From: Nitrosopumilus sp.
GTDB taxonomy: Archaea; Thermoproteota; Nitrososphaeria; Nitrososphaerales; Nitrosopumilaceae
Direction: 5' to 3'
Assembly: GCA_965207445.1 (NCBI GenBank)
Contig: CBDBLX010000002.1
Location: 2,231,849-2,295,848 of the forward strand
Length of the DNA stretch: 64,000 nucleotides
Position 1 is the first letter of the stretch. Every line of letters begins with the position of its first letter. The position numbers and the translations under genes are program-made. Positions 29,675 to 40,195 of this stretch are shown here, piece after piece. The notes below the pieces were generated by a model that did not search any database, was not told where the DNA came from, and saw only the letters and a program-made list of their open reading frames with translations.

Positions 29675-30762
29675 TTCATCACAGACTTTGAAATATCTAA
29701 AAAGTCAACTGCGATCTTGTTCCAGTTAAAGTTTTTAGATACAAATTTGCGACCAGCTTTGCCCATCTCCTTTGCGCTTTTTTCATCATTTATAAGTGTA
29801 CATATACCTTTAACTATTTTATCAGGGTTTTGAGCATCAACTAGGATTCCAGATGTACCATCTTGCATGATCTCTGGTATGCCCCCTACCCTTGTCGCCA
29901 AGACTGGTTTTTCCATAAGTTGAGCTTCTTGTAATGTCAGAGGTGACATATCTATTCCACTGATCAGTGCATATATGTCAATCTCTGCAAGATATTGCTT
30001 TACTTGGTGTGGGTACTCTAATGCACCAAGCCATTTAAAATTATCATATTTAGAAAGTGTCGAAAGTATTTCGTTTCTGTATGGTCCATCACCTGCCCAA
30101 TAAAACATAATTTCAGGCAGTTCTTTGATCACCTTTGACAATATGAGCATCTCACGTGCCTTGCCCCATATGTTAGCACTTTGTAACAATCCAACACATG
30201 GATGAGATATATTCATCTCGCATAATTTGTGTTCGGTGTTAGAAGTGTTACCAGGATCCCATTTATCGGGATTTATTCCTTGGTATAAAGTAAACGACTT
30301 TTTTTTAGGATAACGTTTTTTCACGATATTATCAAGATAATTACATATAGGTAAAATGGCAGAGGTATCTTGAAATAATTTTTCTTCCATTCGAGATTTG
30401 ATATACCGTCCTATCCTTTTGATTGGGGTACGGCCCAGAGTCTCTTTATACCACTGCATTTCTGACCAATAGTCACCGCGCAGGTGTGTTAACAAAGGCA
30501 ATCTAGCATCAACCACTGCCTTTGCAAAATGTCCATGTCGGTCAACAAAGACTAGATCAGGATTAAACTCTTTAAAAAGTCTGTTTGCATGTTTTGCAGT
30601 TTGAAACCATGAAGATATTTTACGGTTTGGGAATGTATCATAAATATCAGAGTCTATAACTACTTTGCACTCTATTTTGTTTTTTGATAAAATGTTTGCA
30701 AATTCATTTACATGTGAAAGTTTTGAAGTATCAACTCCAAAAAGAATTCTCAATTGTGTCAT
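29671..30762 (-). CDS. GT4 glycosyltransferase
   Basis: DMSPLTLQEAQLMEKPVLATRVGGIPE, MGKAGR..V...FNW. Confidence 0.9.
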   Translation of the reverse strand: MTQLRILFGVDTSKLSHVNEFANILSKNKIECKVVIDSDIYDTFPNRKISSWFQTAKHANRLFKEFNPDLVFVDRHGHFAKAVVDARLPLLTHLRGDYWSEMQWYKETLGRTPIKRIGRYIKSRMEEKLFQDTSAILPICNYLDNIVKKRYPKKKSFTLYQGINPDKWDPGNTSNTEHKLCEMNISHPCVGLLQSANIWGKAREMLILSKVIKELPEIMFYWAGDGPYRNEILSTLSKYDNFKWLGALEYPHQVKQYLAEIDIYALISGIDMSPLTLQEAQLMEKPVLATRVGGIPEIMQDGTSGILVDAQNPDKIVKGICTLINDEKSAKEMGKAGRKFVSKNFNWNKIAVDFLDISKSVMN

Positions 30763-30950
30763 AATATAATCACTCTCTCCACGTATCAATTATATCTTAT
30801 AAAGTTTTGATTTCCTTGACTAGTCCCAAAAGTAGGTCATATCTATCGGAGTAGTTTGTGAGTATGAGATGCGTTATTATCACCACGCTGTATTAAGATA
30901 CTATATATGAATTTTTATGCACACATACAAGTTGAATCATAATTTTCCAT

Positions 30951-31029
30951 GTAACCGTTCAACTCCTTTCCAAATTTAGACACAGATTCATCGCCTAACG
31001 TTTGGCACAGGTATGAGTTGAACGCTTAC
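30951..31029 (+). mobile_element. MITE family C, copy 5
   Basis: GTAACCGTTCAACT ... AGTTGAACGCTTAC. Confidence 0.85.
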
Positions 31030-31079
31030 TCGTCGCAATTGGGATCAAGTTTTAAGTGAGGTGTAGGGATGGATTGCAA

Positions 31080-32018
31080 ATGGTACGCGTCGTACAGATA
31101 GGCATGGGCGGGTGGGGCAGGAACCACGCACGTGTACTCTCACATCTCGGGGCCCTTTGCGCCGTGTGTGACATAAATGCAGAGCGCTGCAAGCAGTTCT
31201 CACAACAGTATTCGGTACCGGGTTATGATTCGGTAGATAATCTGCTGGACGGAGAGGAGTTTGATGCGGCGCTCGTCTGTACACCCACAAAGACGCACAC
31301 AGACATAGCCATAAAACTACTGAACCACAAAAAACACACATTTGTCGAAAAACCGATGACATACAACTCTAGGGATGGTGAGAGCCTGCGTGAACTGGCC
31401 GATAGAAACGGTGTCATACTAACGTGCGGGTACATAGAGCGGTTCAATCCCGCTGTGGATATAGTAAAAGATTTTGTAAGCTCAAAAAAGTACGGCGATC
31501 TTATGATGTTGGAGTTTCACAGGGAGAACCAAATGCCCCTCCACATAAAGGATGTGGGAATCATCTATGATACCGCAGTACACGACATTGACACAGCCAT
31601 GTGGTTGTTTAACAGCACGCCCAACGTGGTGTTCGCAAGCGCAGGCCAGATAAGGCACAAGCATGAGGATTTTTCCTCTATAATGCTGGGATTTGACGAC
31701 AACAAGGTTGCAATGATACTCTCCAACTGGCTGACACCTGTAAGAGTGCGTAGGTTTGATGCCATCTGCACCGAGGCAGTAATCTCCTCAAACTTTATTA
31801 CGCAAGAGATCAAGGTGGAAAAAGATGATGGCATGCAGATAGTGGAGAACGAAAAGCAAGAGCCACTACTGCTGGAAATACAGAACTTTATAGGTGCAGT
31901 AAATGGACATGCGGAACTTCGGGTAAAGCCACGACACGCAATCAACGTGACAAAGATAGCAGAATCTGCACTCTTGTCTGCCAAGAGAGGAGTCCCAGTC
32001 TATCTGGATCTAAAGTAA
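31080..32018 (+). CDS. Gfo/Idh/MocA oxidoreductase (WbpB-like)
   Basis: GMGGWG, TPT..H, VEKP, ERFNPA, DTAVHDID. Confidence 0.9.
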   Translation: MVRVVQIGMGGWGRNHARVLSHLGALCAVCDINAERCKQFSQQYSVPGYDSVDNLLDGEEFDAALVCTPTKTHTDIAIKLLNHKKHTFVEKPMTYNSRDGESLRELADRNGVILTCGYIERFNPAVDIVKDFVSSKKYGDLMMLEFHRENQMPLHIKDVGIIYDTAVHDIDTAMWLFNSTPNVVFASAGQIRHKHEDFSSIMLGFDDNKVAMILSNWLTPVRVRRFDAICTEAVISSNFITQEIKVEKDDGMQIVENEKQEPLLLEIQNFIGAVNGHAELRVKPRHAINVTKIAESALLSAKRGVPVYLDLK

Positions 32019-32147
32019 GAGTGGTGGTTGAGGATATTAAAGCATCCAGATTGTCTAGTCTGGGTCCCGGTCCATCTGGATCTAAAGTAAGAGTAGCAGG
32101 GCACACTCCACCACGCATCGTACGTGACTGTGAGTGTCCATCCACCA

Positions 32148-32819
32148 CCAGTAGATTGCAAGTATCGACGTTAACATGCAGCTTCGTTCCCTTGTGCCCG
32201 ATGTGAACGTGGCTCCATTTGTAGACCTTTCAAGTCCAATAGATTGCATGTATCGACGTTAACATGCAGCTTCGTTCCCCTGTGCCTGGTCCCTTTACGC
32301 GCAAACGAATCTTATGGCGTGATGTTATTGGTGGTGTGGGCAATACTAACTGGTGGTGCCTCCAATATTCTCTGATATGATTTCTAACATTTTGTTACAA
32401 GCATTCAATGTGTCAGTATAAGACGAGTCGCCAACCACTTAGTAGTGTTGCACATGCTGGAACTTTTGTCGGATCAGATATATTGTCTTTGCATGATCAG
32501 AATATGTCTTTGTGACTTGTGTACGGTTGGCACACATCATTAGCAGATAACAAACAATGTCTTTTGCAGCATACCTTGCATTAAATTTAGCATAAAACGA
32601 TGAGGGGATTGTCGTGAGTAATTCCAAACTGAGTAATTCGGAACTGATGTGATTAAATACAGTTTTTAGAATATCAATATGCAGTGTATATTTAGATCGA
32701 CGTGGTGTATCCACAATATCTTTACACGCGTTTATTTTTATGATGTGTTTTGGACAAATTTACATAACAAGATCAGTTTTTTGAGATATGGGACTTTTAG
32801 GTCACATTTTGAACTACTG
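32148..32819 (-). pseudogene. Decayed transposase mosaic (ISH3-like left end and N-terminus, IS5-like GTKLHVNVD motif)
   Basis: CACATTTTGAACTACTG at about 32803-32819 resembles the ISH3 TIR. ORF 32439-32714 loosely resembles the ISH3 N-terminus. GTKLHVNVDT is encoded twice at 32148-32286. Confidence 0.55.
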
Positions 32820-33076
32820 ATGTATTGGAACGTGGATGTATAAGGACCGCGACTAGTATAGATCTTGTAAAATATATCTAACCATTTTCCTTTTCATTTT
32901 ATTTTTTGTTTAATCAACATGTTTTCATACTCTATCTCTCTCACACACACATACCTACCTATGGTATTTATCTGAATATTTAAATATTGGCAAAAACCAT
33001 TTCTTTATCCATAGTTTATACCCATTATCAGTCCTTATTCTAAAAATTAGACGTCGTCTTAACAGTTACTTATAAT

Positions 33077-34180
33077 ATGATGGCGCCCCCACCAGATCCG
33101 TTGAAGATCTGGTTTGATATACTGACCCCAAAGGAGATATTGTTTTTTACACCCATGGCAAGAAAGCTGGCCAAAACACATTCAGTGATTTGCACCGGAC
33201 GCAGATACAGGGAACTAGAAAACCTTGCTAAAATATACAACATCGATCTCAAGATTATCGGACGACATGGTGGGGGCGACAAGGCCGAAAAACTGCGGGC
33301 CAGTGCCTCGCGCGTGGCGCGCCTGCAACGCTTTGTTGAAGCAGAGTGTAAAGGAGATATAGACATTGCAATAAGCTTCTGCTCCCCAGAGGCCGCACGC
33401 GTCTCATATGGTCTTGGCATAAACCACGTCGCATTCTTTGACTCACCACACATCATTCCACAGATGCGGCTTGCAGTTCCGCTCGTACAACGGCTGATCA
33501 TACCCTCGTACATACCAAAGTCTGCATTTGTCAGATACGGGATCGAGGCAGACGCCATAATGACATACAGAGCCATTGATGCGGCCTACATCATATCACA
33601 ACATGCATCCACCGTTCAGCCCGGCGCGGCGCCGTTCTCCCGTTACAACAAGGACGATGGCAAAGGAGACGGCTCACATAAGATCATTTTGTTTAGGATG
33701 GCTGAAGAGCAGTCGGCGTATGTAGATAAGGACGGCAACAACATGCGTCAAATACTCAGGGCTCTTGCAGATCGACTGGACAATACCAGGATCGTGGTGC
33801 TTGCAAGATATACAGATCAGATAAGAGGCCTACAAAAAATGTTCGGGGACAGGGTGACAGTCCTTACTAGGTCGTACGACGGTCGCGTCCTGCTGGAGGG
33901 CGTCGACCTGTTCGTGGGCTCAGGTGGCACCATGACGTCTGAATCGGCGTTGATGGGAGTGCCCACCATATCGACCAATGCTGTGCCCAATTGGGGTGAG
34001 CAGTTATTGGTGCGCAAGGGAGTATTGCATCGTGCACCGGATCCTGACACGGCTGTGAAACTTGCAAAAAAAATGCTCGATGCACCTCGAAGCGCGTATG
34101 CCACAAAGGCCGCTAAACTGATACGATCGATGGAAGATCCATACCATGTGCTGGAAAAGGCCATTACATCTTTGGTATGA
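33077..34180 (+). CDS. DUF354-family GT-B fold protein
   Basis: IWFDILTPK...IGRHGG...SPEAARVSYGLG...GSGGTMTSESALMGVPTI. Confidence 0.85.
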   Translation: MMAPPPDPLKIWFDILTPKEILFFTPMARKLAKTHSVICTGRRYRELENLAKIYNIDLKIIGRHGGGDKAEKLRASASRVARLQRFVEAECKGDIDIAISFCSPEAARVSYGLGINHVAFFDSPHIIPQMRLAVPLVQRLIIPSYIPKSAFVRYGIEADAIMTYRAIDAAYIISQHASTVQPGAAPFSRYNKDDGKGDGSHKIILFRMAEEQSAYVDKDGNNMRQILRALADRLDNTRIVVLARYTDQIRGLQKMFGDRVTVLTRSYDGRVLLEGVDLFVGSGGTMTSESALMGVPTISTNAVPNWGEQLLVRKGVLHRAPDPDTAVKLAKKMLDAPRSAYATKAAKLIRSMEDPYHVLEKAITSLV

Positions 34181-34467
34181 GTCAACCTCTTCACATTTAA
34201 CACGTATTGTGATATTGTTTATGTGCATGTATAGCATCGCGCTGACGTCTATTGGACTCTACATGGTGCCACCAATGCATAGTACCGGACACCGGTGGAG
34301 ACTAGTGCCTATGATTGCATATTTTGCATCCAAGTACACCATACGTATAAGTTCATATTCCTTAAGACCGTACTCCAATTTTGTTCTTATGGGATTCAGG
34401 TAGGGCAAATGGACTCACATCATTATGCAGTCATAATGTTTATGTACGGTCCAGGAAATTTCCAGTT

Positions 34468-35034
34468 ATGATCCATGCCGACAAACCGATGAATTTTGCC
34501 GAGTGTTTTGAGGACAGCGAACGGGGTATAATGATCGGCAAGGGCACAAAGATAGAACCGGGGGCCGTTATATACGACGGCTGTGTCATCGGTGAAGGTT
34601 GTATTATAGGCACGTCAGCGGTTCTTAAGCAGGGCACCAAAATTGGTGACCACAGTGTGTTTGGCACGCTATCGGCCACTGAGGGTGGCACCAAAATTGG
34701 ATCATGGACTACCATATTCAGTCAATGTCATTTGGCAGCAGACATGGAAGTAGGCGACCGCGTGTTCGTCGGTCCACTCTTCTATTGCGCAAACACACCA
34801 CAGATCAGTAAAGGACGATTTGGGTACCCGAACAGCACACATGATACACGTATGACACCGGCAATACGAGACGGGGCACGACTCGGAGCCCACGTGGGAT
34901 TAGCGCCAGGAGTAATCATTGGTGAAAACGCCATGATCGACATGGGTTGCTTGGTCACAAAGGACGTTCCGGCTGGCACACATGTCAGGGCCGGCAGTGA
35001 GATCACGGGCCGTGTAATGGGCGTTGCTGATTAA
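34468..35034 (+). CDS. Hexapeptide-repeat N-acetyltransferase (WbpD-like)
   Basis: IGKGTKI/IGEGCII/IGDHSV repeats, VFVGP, GCLVTKDVP. Start is inferred. Confidence 0.85.
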   Translation: MIHADKPMNFAECFEDSERGIMIGKGTKIEPGAVIYDGCVIGEGCIIGTSAVLKQGTKIGDHSVFGTLSATEGGTKIGSWTTIFSQCHLAADMEVGDRVFVGPLFYCANTPQISKGRFGYPNSTHDTRMTPAIRDGARLGAHVGLAPGVIIGENAMIDMGCLVTKDVPAGTHVRAGSEITGRVMGVAD

Positions 35035-35597
35035 TCTGTTGCTTCGCGGGTTTTGTTCTGTGAAGCTGACCAGCTCAAAATTTTCTGTCTCATGTTTGTG
35101 TATATTTTAATTGGTTCTGATACGTAAAAGTGCCAAAAAATCGGTTGGTTTGAGAACACAGTACAATGAGACAGACACGGCAAGAAAAAGGAGAAAAGAC
35201 AGTCATGTAGATGCGCGTGTCAAGTCAAGGCGTATATGAAAGAGTGACACCGGCTACAGATCAAGCAGTGGCACGACTGCAAGGTGTACGAAAAGCGGCG
35301 TCACAATTGCATCATGTATGGACGGCACTCTGGTGGATGTTGTCGATCATTTCAGAGTAAAACCTGACATCGCACGTACTATTCAGAGAAAAATCAGATC
35401 CTGGGGGATGTTGTCGATCATTTCAGAGTAAAACACTACAGCATTCTGACACGCATACGCCGATCTTGTGACTCCCGGACCCAGTCTAAAAGCCACATAT
35501 GTGTTTATAGTGCATATATTGTTTGAGTAAGATCATGTTGTGTTGGACAGCGCCCAATCAATCGTTTGACTTTTAAGATCTGCATCTACCAAGTAAC

Positions 35598-36689
35598 ATG
35601 AACATTCCAATTAACATGCCAGTTCTGGGCAGAGAGGAGATGCGTGAGGTGAGTAAGGTATTGAGAGCAGGTGCGCTAACGAACGCTTCAATGGAGGGCG
35701 GTCACAACGTACAAGAATTTGAGGAGGCCGCAAGGCAGTTTCTGGGATCATCGTATGCAGTAGCAGTAAACTCCGGGACGGCTGCCATTCAGGCCGCATT
35801 ACATGCACTTGGTATCGGAAAGGGAGACGAGGTTATGGTTCCATCGTTTACGTTTGTGGCCACCGCAAACGCGGTGGTAGCTACAGGTGCAAAGCCCGTG
35901 TTTGTCGACATTGACACGAGACATACCATGGATCCGGAGGATCTAGAGAAGAAGATAAGCAGAAAGACAAAGGCGGTGATTCCGGTACACCTTTACGGAA
36001 ACGTGGCAAGAGTCGAGGAGATCTGTAAGATCGCAGACGAACGCGGGCTGAGTGTGATCGAGGACGCGGCGCAGTCCATGGGGTCCACATATAGAAAGAG
36101 GCAGTCTGGCACGTTCGGAGATATGGGATGCTTTAGCTTGTATCCTGCCAAGGTGGTCACCGCGGGGGAAGGAGGATTGGTGGTGACAAATAGCAAGGAT
36201 TTGTACGATGAACTACGGCTGGTGCGCAACCACGGAATGATGCACGGATATGACTCTCAAATCTTTGGCCTGAATCTGAGGATGCCGGAAATCAATGCAG
36301 CGATAGCAAAGGTGCAAATGAACAGGTTGCCGTCGTTTCTTGACAAGAGAAGGGCAAACGCAAAGATTCTGTCTGAATTGCTAAAGGGAATGAACATCAT
36401 CATTCCAAAGCAACGGCCGCACGAAGAGGTCAACTGGTACCTGTATACGGTATTAACTGAGAAGCAGAGTGAACTCAAAAAAACACTCAATGCATCTGGG
36501 TTTGGAGCAAACGTGTACTATCCCATACCAGTGCACAAGATACCATTCTATGCAATTATGAAAGGTAGCCGCAGAAAGCTACCCGTCACGGAGCGTGCTG
36601 CAGGGCGCGTACTGTCGTTGCCCGTCCATCCCGGCGTGAGACAAAAACACCTAAAGAAAATGGTCAAGATTGCAGAAAAGATTGTGTAA
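35598..36689 (+). CDS. DegT/DnrJ/EryC1/StrS aminotransferase (WbpE-like)
   Basis: NSGTAA, FTFVATA, PVHLYG, EDAAQS, SLYPAKVVTAGEGG, LSLP. Confidence 0.94.
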   Translation: MNIPINMPVLGREEMREVSKVLRAGALTNASMEGGHNVQEFEEAARQFLGSSYAVAVNSGTAAIQAALHALGIGKGDEVMVPSFTFVATANAVVATGAKPVFVDIDTRHTMDPEDLEKKISRKTKAVIPVHLYGNVARVEEICKIADERGLSVIEDAAQSMGSTYRKRQSGTFGDMGCFSLYPAKVVTAGEGGLVVTNSKDLYDELRLVRNHGMMHGYDSQIFGLNLRMPEINAAIAKVQMNRLPSFLDKRRANAKILSELLKGMNIIIPKQRPHEEVNWYLYTVLTEKQSELKKTLNASGFGANVYYPIPVHKIPFYAIMKGSRRKLPVTERAAGRVLSLPVHPGVRQKHLKKMVKIAEKIV

Positions 36690-36746
36690 GGATCCAATCG
36701 TTCTGCTCCGCAGGGGTGTTGTGAGTATGACGCGGCTCCATCGTAT

Positions 36747-36895
36747 GCGTGAACCAAGTTCTTTGATAGCAACAATGAAATCACATATTTATATTTGGTC
36801 ACATCCCTGCCCGTATATTGAGTAATATGTATGCGATGCATTTGACTAGGAGTTATTTTTGAATGATCATATCAGTCATGGAGCTTGATGCATAC
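36747..36895 (+). mobile_element. MITE family B, copy 6
   Basis: GCGTGAACCAAGTTC ... GAGCTTGATGCATAC. Confidence 0.8.
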
Positions 36896-37038
36896 ATTGA
36901 TTCTAATCATGATGTGAGACCCGTATGTCTTCCAAGCGCATGATTTTCTTCCTAGTGACACAGCTACGATCAGGATAAATGTCCCACTAGCAGTTACAGT
37001 CCATATCATACACACACTAAACTGAGTTTGTAGAATAT

Positions 37039-38016
37039 CTAGTTGGTCTGGTCAGTTTCGTGCCCTCTTGCGAGTAATTCTTTGTACATTCTCTCGTATC
37101 GTGGCATGACTGCATCCCACGTCATGTGCCGCATCACGTAGTTGTGGGCTGCTTCCACCACCTCTTGTGTTGGTATGGAGCCGTCTAGTATGCCGTTTAC
37201 GACTTCTGTCATGCGCCTAGCATTGCCCGGCTCTATTAAGAATCCCGTTTTGCCATCATCTATGAGCTCAGGAACGCCACCAACTGACATGGCGACCACT
37301 GGTACCTTCAAGTAGAATGCTTCCTTTACGACTGTGGGTAGGCTCTCTGCTCTTGAAGGCAACACCATTATGGACGCCCCTGCCAAGACAGACATGGCAT
37401 CACGCCACTTCATGCTGGTGCAGTATCGAACGGTGGCTCGTATATCTGGCTCGATTCCGCGCAATATGTCTATCCCCTTCTCGTAACTGTCGCGTCCTAC
37501 ATACACCACCATCTTGTCTGTACGCTCTCCAGCGCGTACAATCCCATCGAACATGGTAGGATCTATCGCAGACGGCAGATGCACAAGATCATACCCGAGA
37601 TCCCTGTACACAGACGCCGTCTTCTTGGAATCGGTGGTGAGTGCGTCTGACCATCCAAAAGCCGTGGACTCTGCAACGGTGGCGAGCCGCGCTGCGGCCC
37701 GCGAGTGGATCATGCCGATCTGTTCCCAGTAGACTCCGTGAACCGCGAGCACTCGCTTCGTAGCTCTGGTACATATCATCGGGAGCGCCGACGGCACATT
37801 GAATGCATGAACTATGTCGTACCGTTGCCACCGTGTCACTAGAGCGCGGAACGCGGCCAGTACTGCAAAGCTTGGGTTTTTTAGATTCTTGACTGGTACG
37901 TGTGGGACGCGTAGCAAGTCAACACTGTGTCCGCGCTTTTGAAGCTGAGTCGCCAGCATGGCCGCGTGTCCACCTATACCATCGTCATATCTGGATGATA
38001 TGAAGAGTAGGCGCAT
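37039..38016 (-). CDS. GT4 glycosyltransferase
   Basis: VGR...KG, LPSRAESLPTVVKEA...PVVAMSVGGVPE. Confidence 0.9.
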   Translation of the reverse strand: MRLLFISSRYDDGIGGHAAMLATQLQKRGHSVDLLRVPHVPVKNLKNPSFAVLAAFRALVTRWQRYDIVHAFNVPSALPMICTRATKRVLAVHGVYWEQIGMIHSRAAARLATVAESTAFGWSDALTTDSKKTASVYRDLGYDLVHLPSAIDPTMFDGIVRAGERTDKMVVYVGRDSYEKGIDILRGIEPDIRATVRYCTSMKWRDAMSVLAGASIMVLPSRAESLPTVVKEAFYLKVPVVAMSVGGVPELIDDGKTGFLIEPGNARRMTEVVNGILDGSIPTQEVVEAAHNYVMRHMTWDAVMPRYERMYKELLARGHETDQTN

Positions 38017-38063
38017 GGAATTATTCTCAAAACTGAGTTAAAAAACTATCCTAACGTGATATA

Positions 38064-38146
38064 GTAACCGTTCAACCACCCCGTACCTGCGCCAGACGTT
38101 AGGCGATGAATCTGTGTCTAAATTTGAGAAGGGGTTGAACGGTTAC
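38064..38146 (-). mobile_element. MITE family C, copy 6
   Basis: GTAACCGTTCAACC ... GGTTGAACGGTTAC. Confidence 0.88.
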
Positions 38147-38258
38147 GTATTTTTTATCACTCTGTATCCTGTTTCAATTATACAACGTTTATGATATATC
38201 TGAAATTGTTGCAATGAGTTTTTTGTAAACCAAATATGGTTACTGATATAAACACACA

Positions 38259-39224
38259 CTAACTGCGTTTTTTAGAGGATCTCCAAGCAGAATATGAAAA
38301 TGCGATGCGGATATAAAATTGGGCAAGCCACGGTGAGATCGGTCCTGGAAACATATATGATATTATATTAAATACCCGCATATACTTCCTTATCTTCTGA
38401 CCTAGTATTGTGCTCTGTGTCATATTACGAGCATACCATACGCGCTTTCTCCAGGGTAGCACTGACAGCGCCGCCCGGGTTATCTTGATCTTGTCCATAG
38501 GACGGTTGCGTTGTTGTGAGAGAGAGTTATTGTGCCTACGTACTGAAAAAATACGTGTGTTTACACACCATACAGGAGAACCATCCAGTATGCAACGCAT
38601 GAGCAAATCATAATCTTCCCAGTTAGTCAACTTTTCTGTAAATTGTCGTCCACCCAGGGCGTCGCGGTGGCATACGAATGACCCTATCGGTACGTAACCA
38701 GCCACAATAGCTAGGATTTTTTGTTGATGTGAGAATGAGTTGAACTCGTGCATTATAGGAGGATATTCTATGACATCCCCACTGACAGATATAATACGAT
38801 GGGCACATAGCAATAGACAAACAGAATTTGGATTCTTTTCTCCTTTCTCCACCCCCTTCCCCCCCCCCTCGCTCGCATCGATTGCACATGCCTGAGACAT
38901 TATCTTTGCAATAGCGTCACAGTCAAGTATATCATCTGACCCATGAAATTTGAACCACTGGCCCGTCGCATGCTCCATGCCAACATTCAGAGCATGTGAC
39001 ACGCCTGAATTGTACCCTAAATAGACCGTCCGAATCCTATCTCCATAACCTTCCATAATTTCGTGGGTATCGTCTTGAGATCCATCATCAACTACCACCA
39101 CCTCAATGTTTGTGTACGTCTGGTTCAGAGCAGAATCGACGGATTCTCTAAGCAATGCAGCTCTATTGTATGTGGGTATAATTATGGATACAAGGCTTTG
39201 ATTGTCCACATGTTCATCAGACAC
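38259..39224 (-). CDS. GT2 glycosyltransferase
   Basis: VSIIIPTYNR, VVDDGSQD, GVSHALN, GSDD, WEDYD. Confidence 0.9.
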   Translation of the reverse strand: MSDEHVDNQSLVSIIIPTYNRAALLRESVDSALNQTYTNIEVVVVDDGSQDDTHEIMEGYGDRIRTVYLGYNSGVSHALNVGMEHATGQWFKFHGSDDILDCDAIAKIMSQACAIDASEGGGKGVEKGEKNPNSVCLLLCAHRIISVSGDVIEYPPIMHEFNSFSHQQKILAIVAGYVPIGSFVCHRDALGGRQFTEKLTNWEDYDLLMRCILDGSPVWCVNTRIFSVRRHNNSLSQQRNRPMDKIKITRAALSVLPWRKRVWYARNMTQSTILGQKIRKYMRVFNIISYMFPGPISPWLAQFYIRIAFSYSAWRSSKKRS

Positions 39225-39608
39225 ATATGTAGTTTGTATGACATTATTTTATAGGTATAGTACGTGATCATGGTATAGTGTGTTGTATAATTCGCAAATT
39301 TATACTCCTCCGGAATCGTGTCCATGTGATGAGCCGCACAACCTATAGTTGTAATGCGATTCGAGTCACTCAACTACTCTACAAACTAAACAGGGAGACG
39401 GTCTACATCAGCAGTTCAAATTTGGACAAATATTAAAAAATAATCAATATGGATAATCAATATGTAAAAACTATAGAAAAAGGTAATTGCAGTTTTTTAT
39501 AATCATATTTTTAGCGGTATTTAAACAAAAACCCACAGGATTTGAAGACAGTTGGTTAACTGATTTACTAAAAACTATTAAATTTTACACAACAATAATC
39601 ACAATAGA

Positions 39609-39729
39609 GGAGGAGTAATCTAGCCTGGCCAAAGCAAGCAACAGCTTTTGGAAATGCAGGACTTAAGATCAAACATGGGTGATCCTGTCTCTCAGGAGTT
39701 CGTGGGTTCGAATCCCACCTCCTCCACCA
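39609..39729 (+). tRNA. tRNA-Leu(UAA) with two introns (39635-39653 and 39668-39681) and encoded CCA
   Basis: Acceptor stem GGAGGAG/CTCCTCC. Removing both introns restores D-stem ATCT/AGAT and anticodon arm CAGGA-CTTAAGA-TCCTG. Long variable arm; T arm GTGGG-TTCGAAT-CCCAC. Confidence 0.9.
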
Positions 39730-39779
39730 AATATACATATAACAATTTTAACTTATACAGGTATACAAACAAAAATTTC

Positions 39780-39860
39780 GTAACTGTTCAACTCTTGTGC
39801 CTGCGCCAGACGTTAGGCGATGAATCTGTGTCTAAATTTGAGAAGGGGTTGAACGGTTAC
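39780..39860 (-). mobile_element. MITE family C, copy 7, with 8-bp target duplication
   Basis: Flanked by AAAATTTC at 39772-39779 and 39861-39868. Confidence 0.9.
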
Positions 39861-39927
39861 AAAATTTCCACATTAAAACAAAATGAGATTATTAGTTGTA
39901 AACCATATCGTGCACACAAAATAACAG

Positions 39928-40076
39928 GTGTAAATCAAGATTCATGGCTGTTATAATCATTCAAAAATAATTTCTAGCCAAATGTAGCGCATGTGTAATA
40001 CTCAATATACAGACAGGGATGTGACTAAATATAAATATATGATTTCATTATTATACACAAAAAATGTGATACATAC
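39928..40076 (-). mobile_element. MITE family B, copy 7 (degenerate ends)
   Basis: Reverse complement of the family-B interior. Confidence 0.72.
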
Positions 40077-40121
40077 AATAACAGAATAGAGTTATAAAGA
40101 TTTTACATCATTTGAGATTAT

Positions 40122-40195
40122 GCTTCGATAGCTCAGCCTGGTAGAGCGTTACCTTGGTAAGGTAAAGGTCGCGGGTTCAGATCCCGTTCGGAGCT
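40122..40195 (+). tRNA. tRNA-Thr(GGU)
   Basis: Acceptor GCTTCGA/TCGGAGC; anticodon arm TTACC-TTGGTAA-GGTAA. Confidence 0.95.

Noticed and set aside
31992..32094. attL/attR pair from an integrated element at the oxidoreductase 3' end
   Set aside because: The repeats are only 72 bp apart and no integrase is present. Treated under the period-71/72 finding.
39648..39956. 102-aa ORF
   Set aside because: Overlaps tRNA-Leu and two MITEs; spurious.
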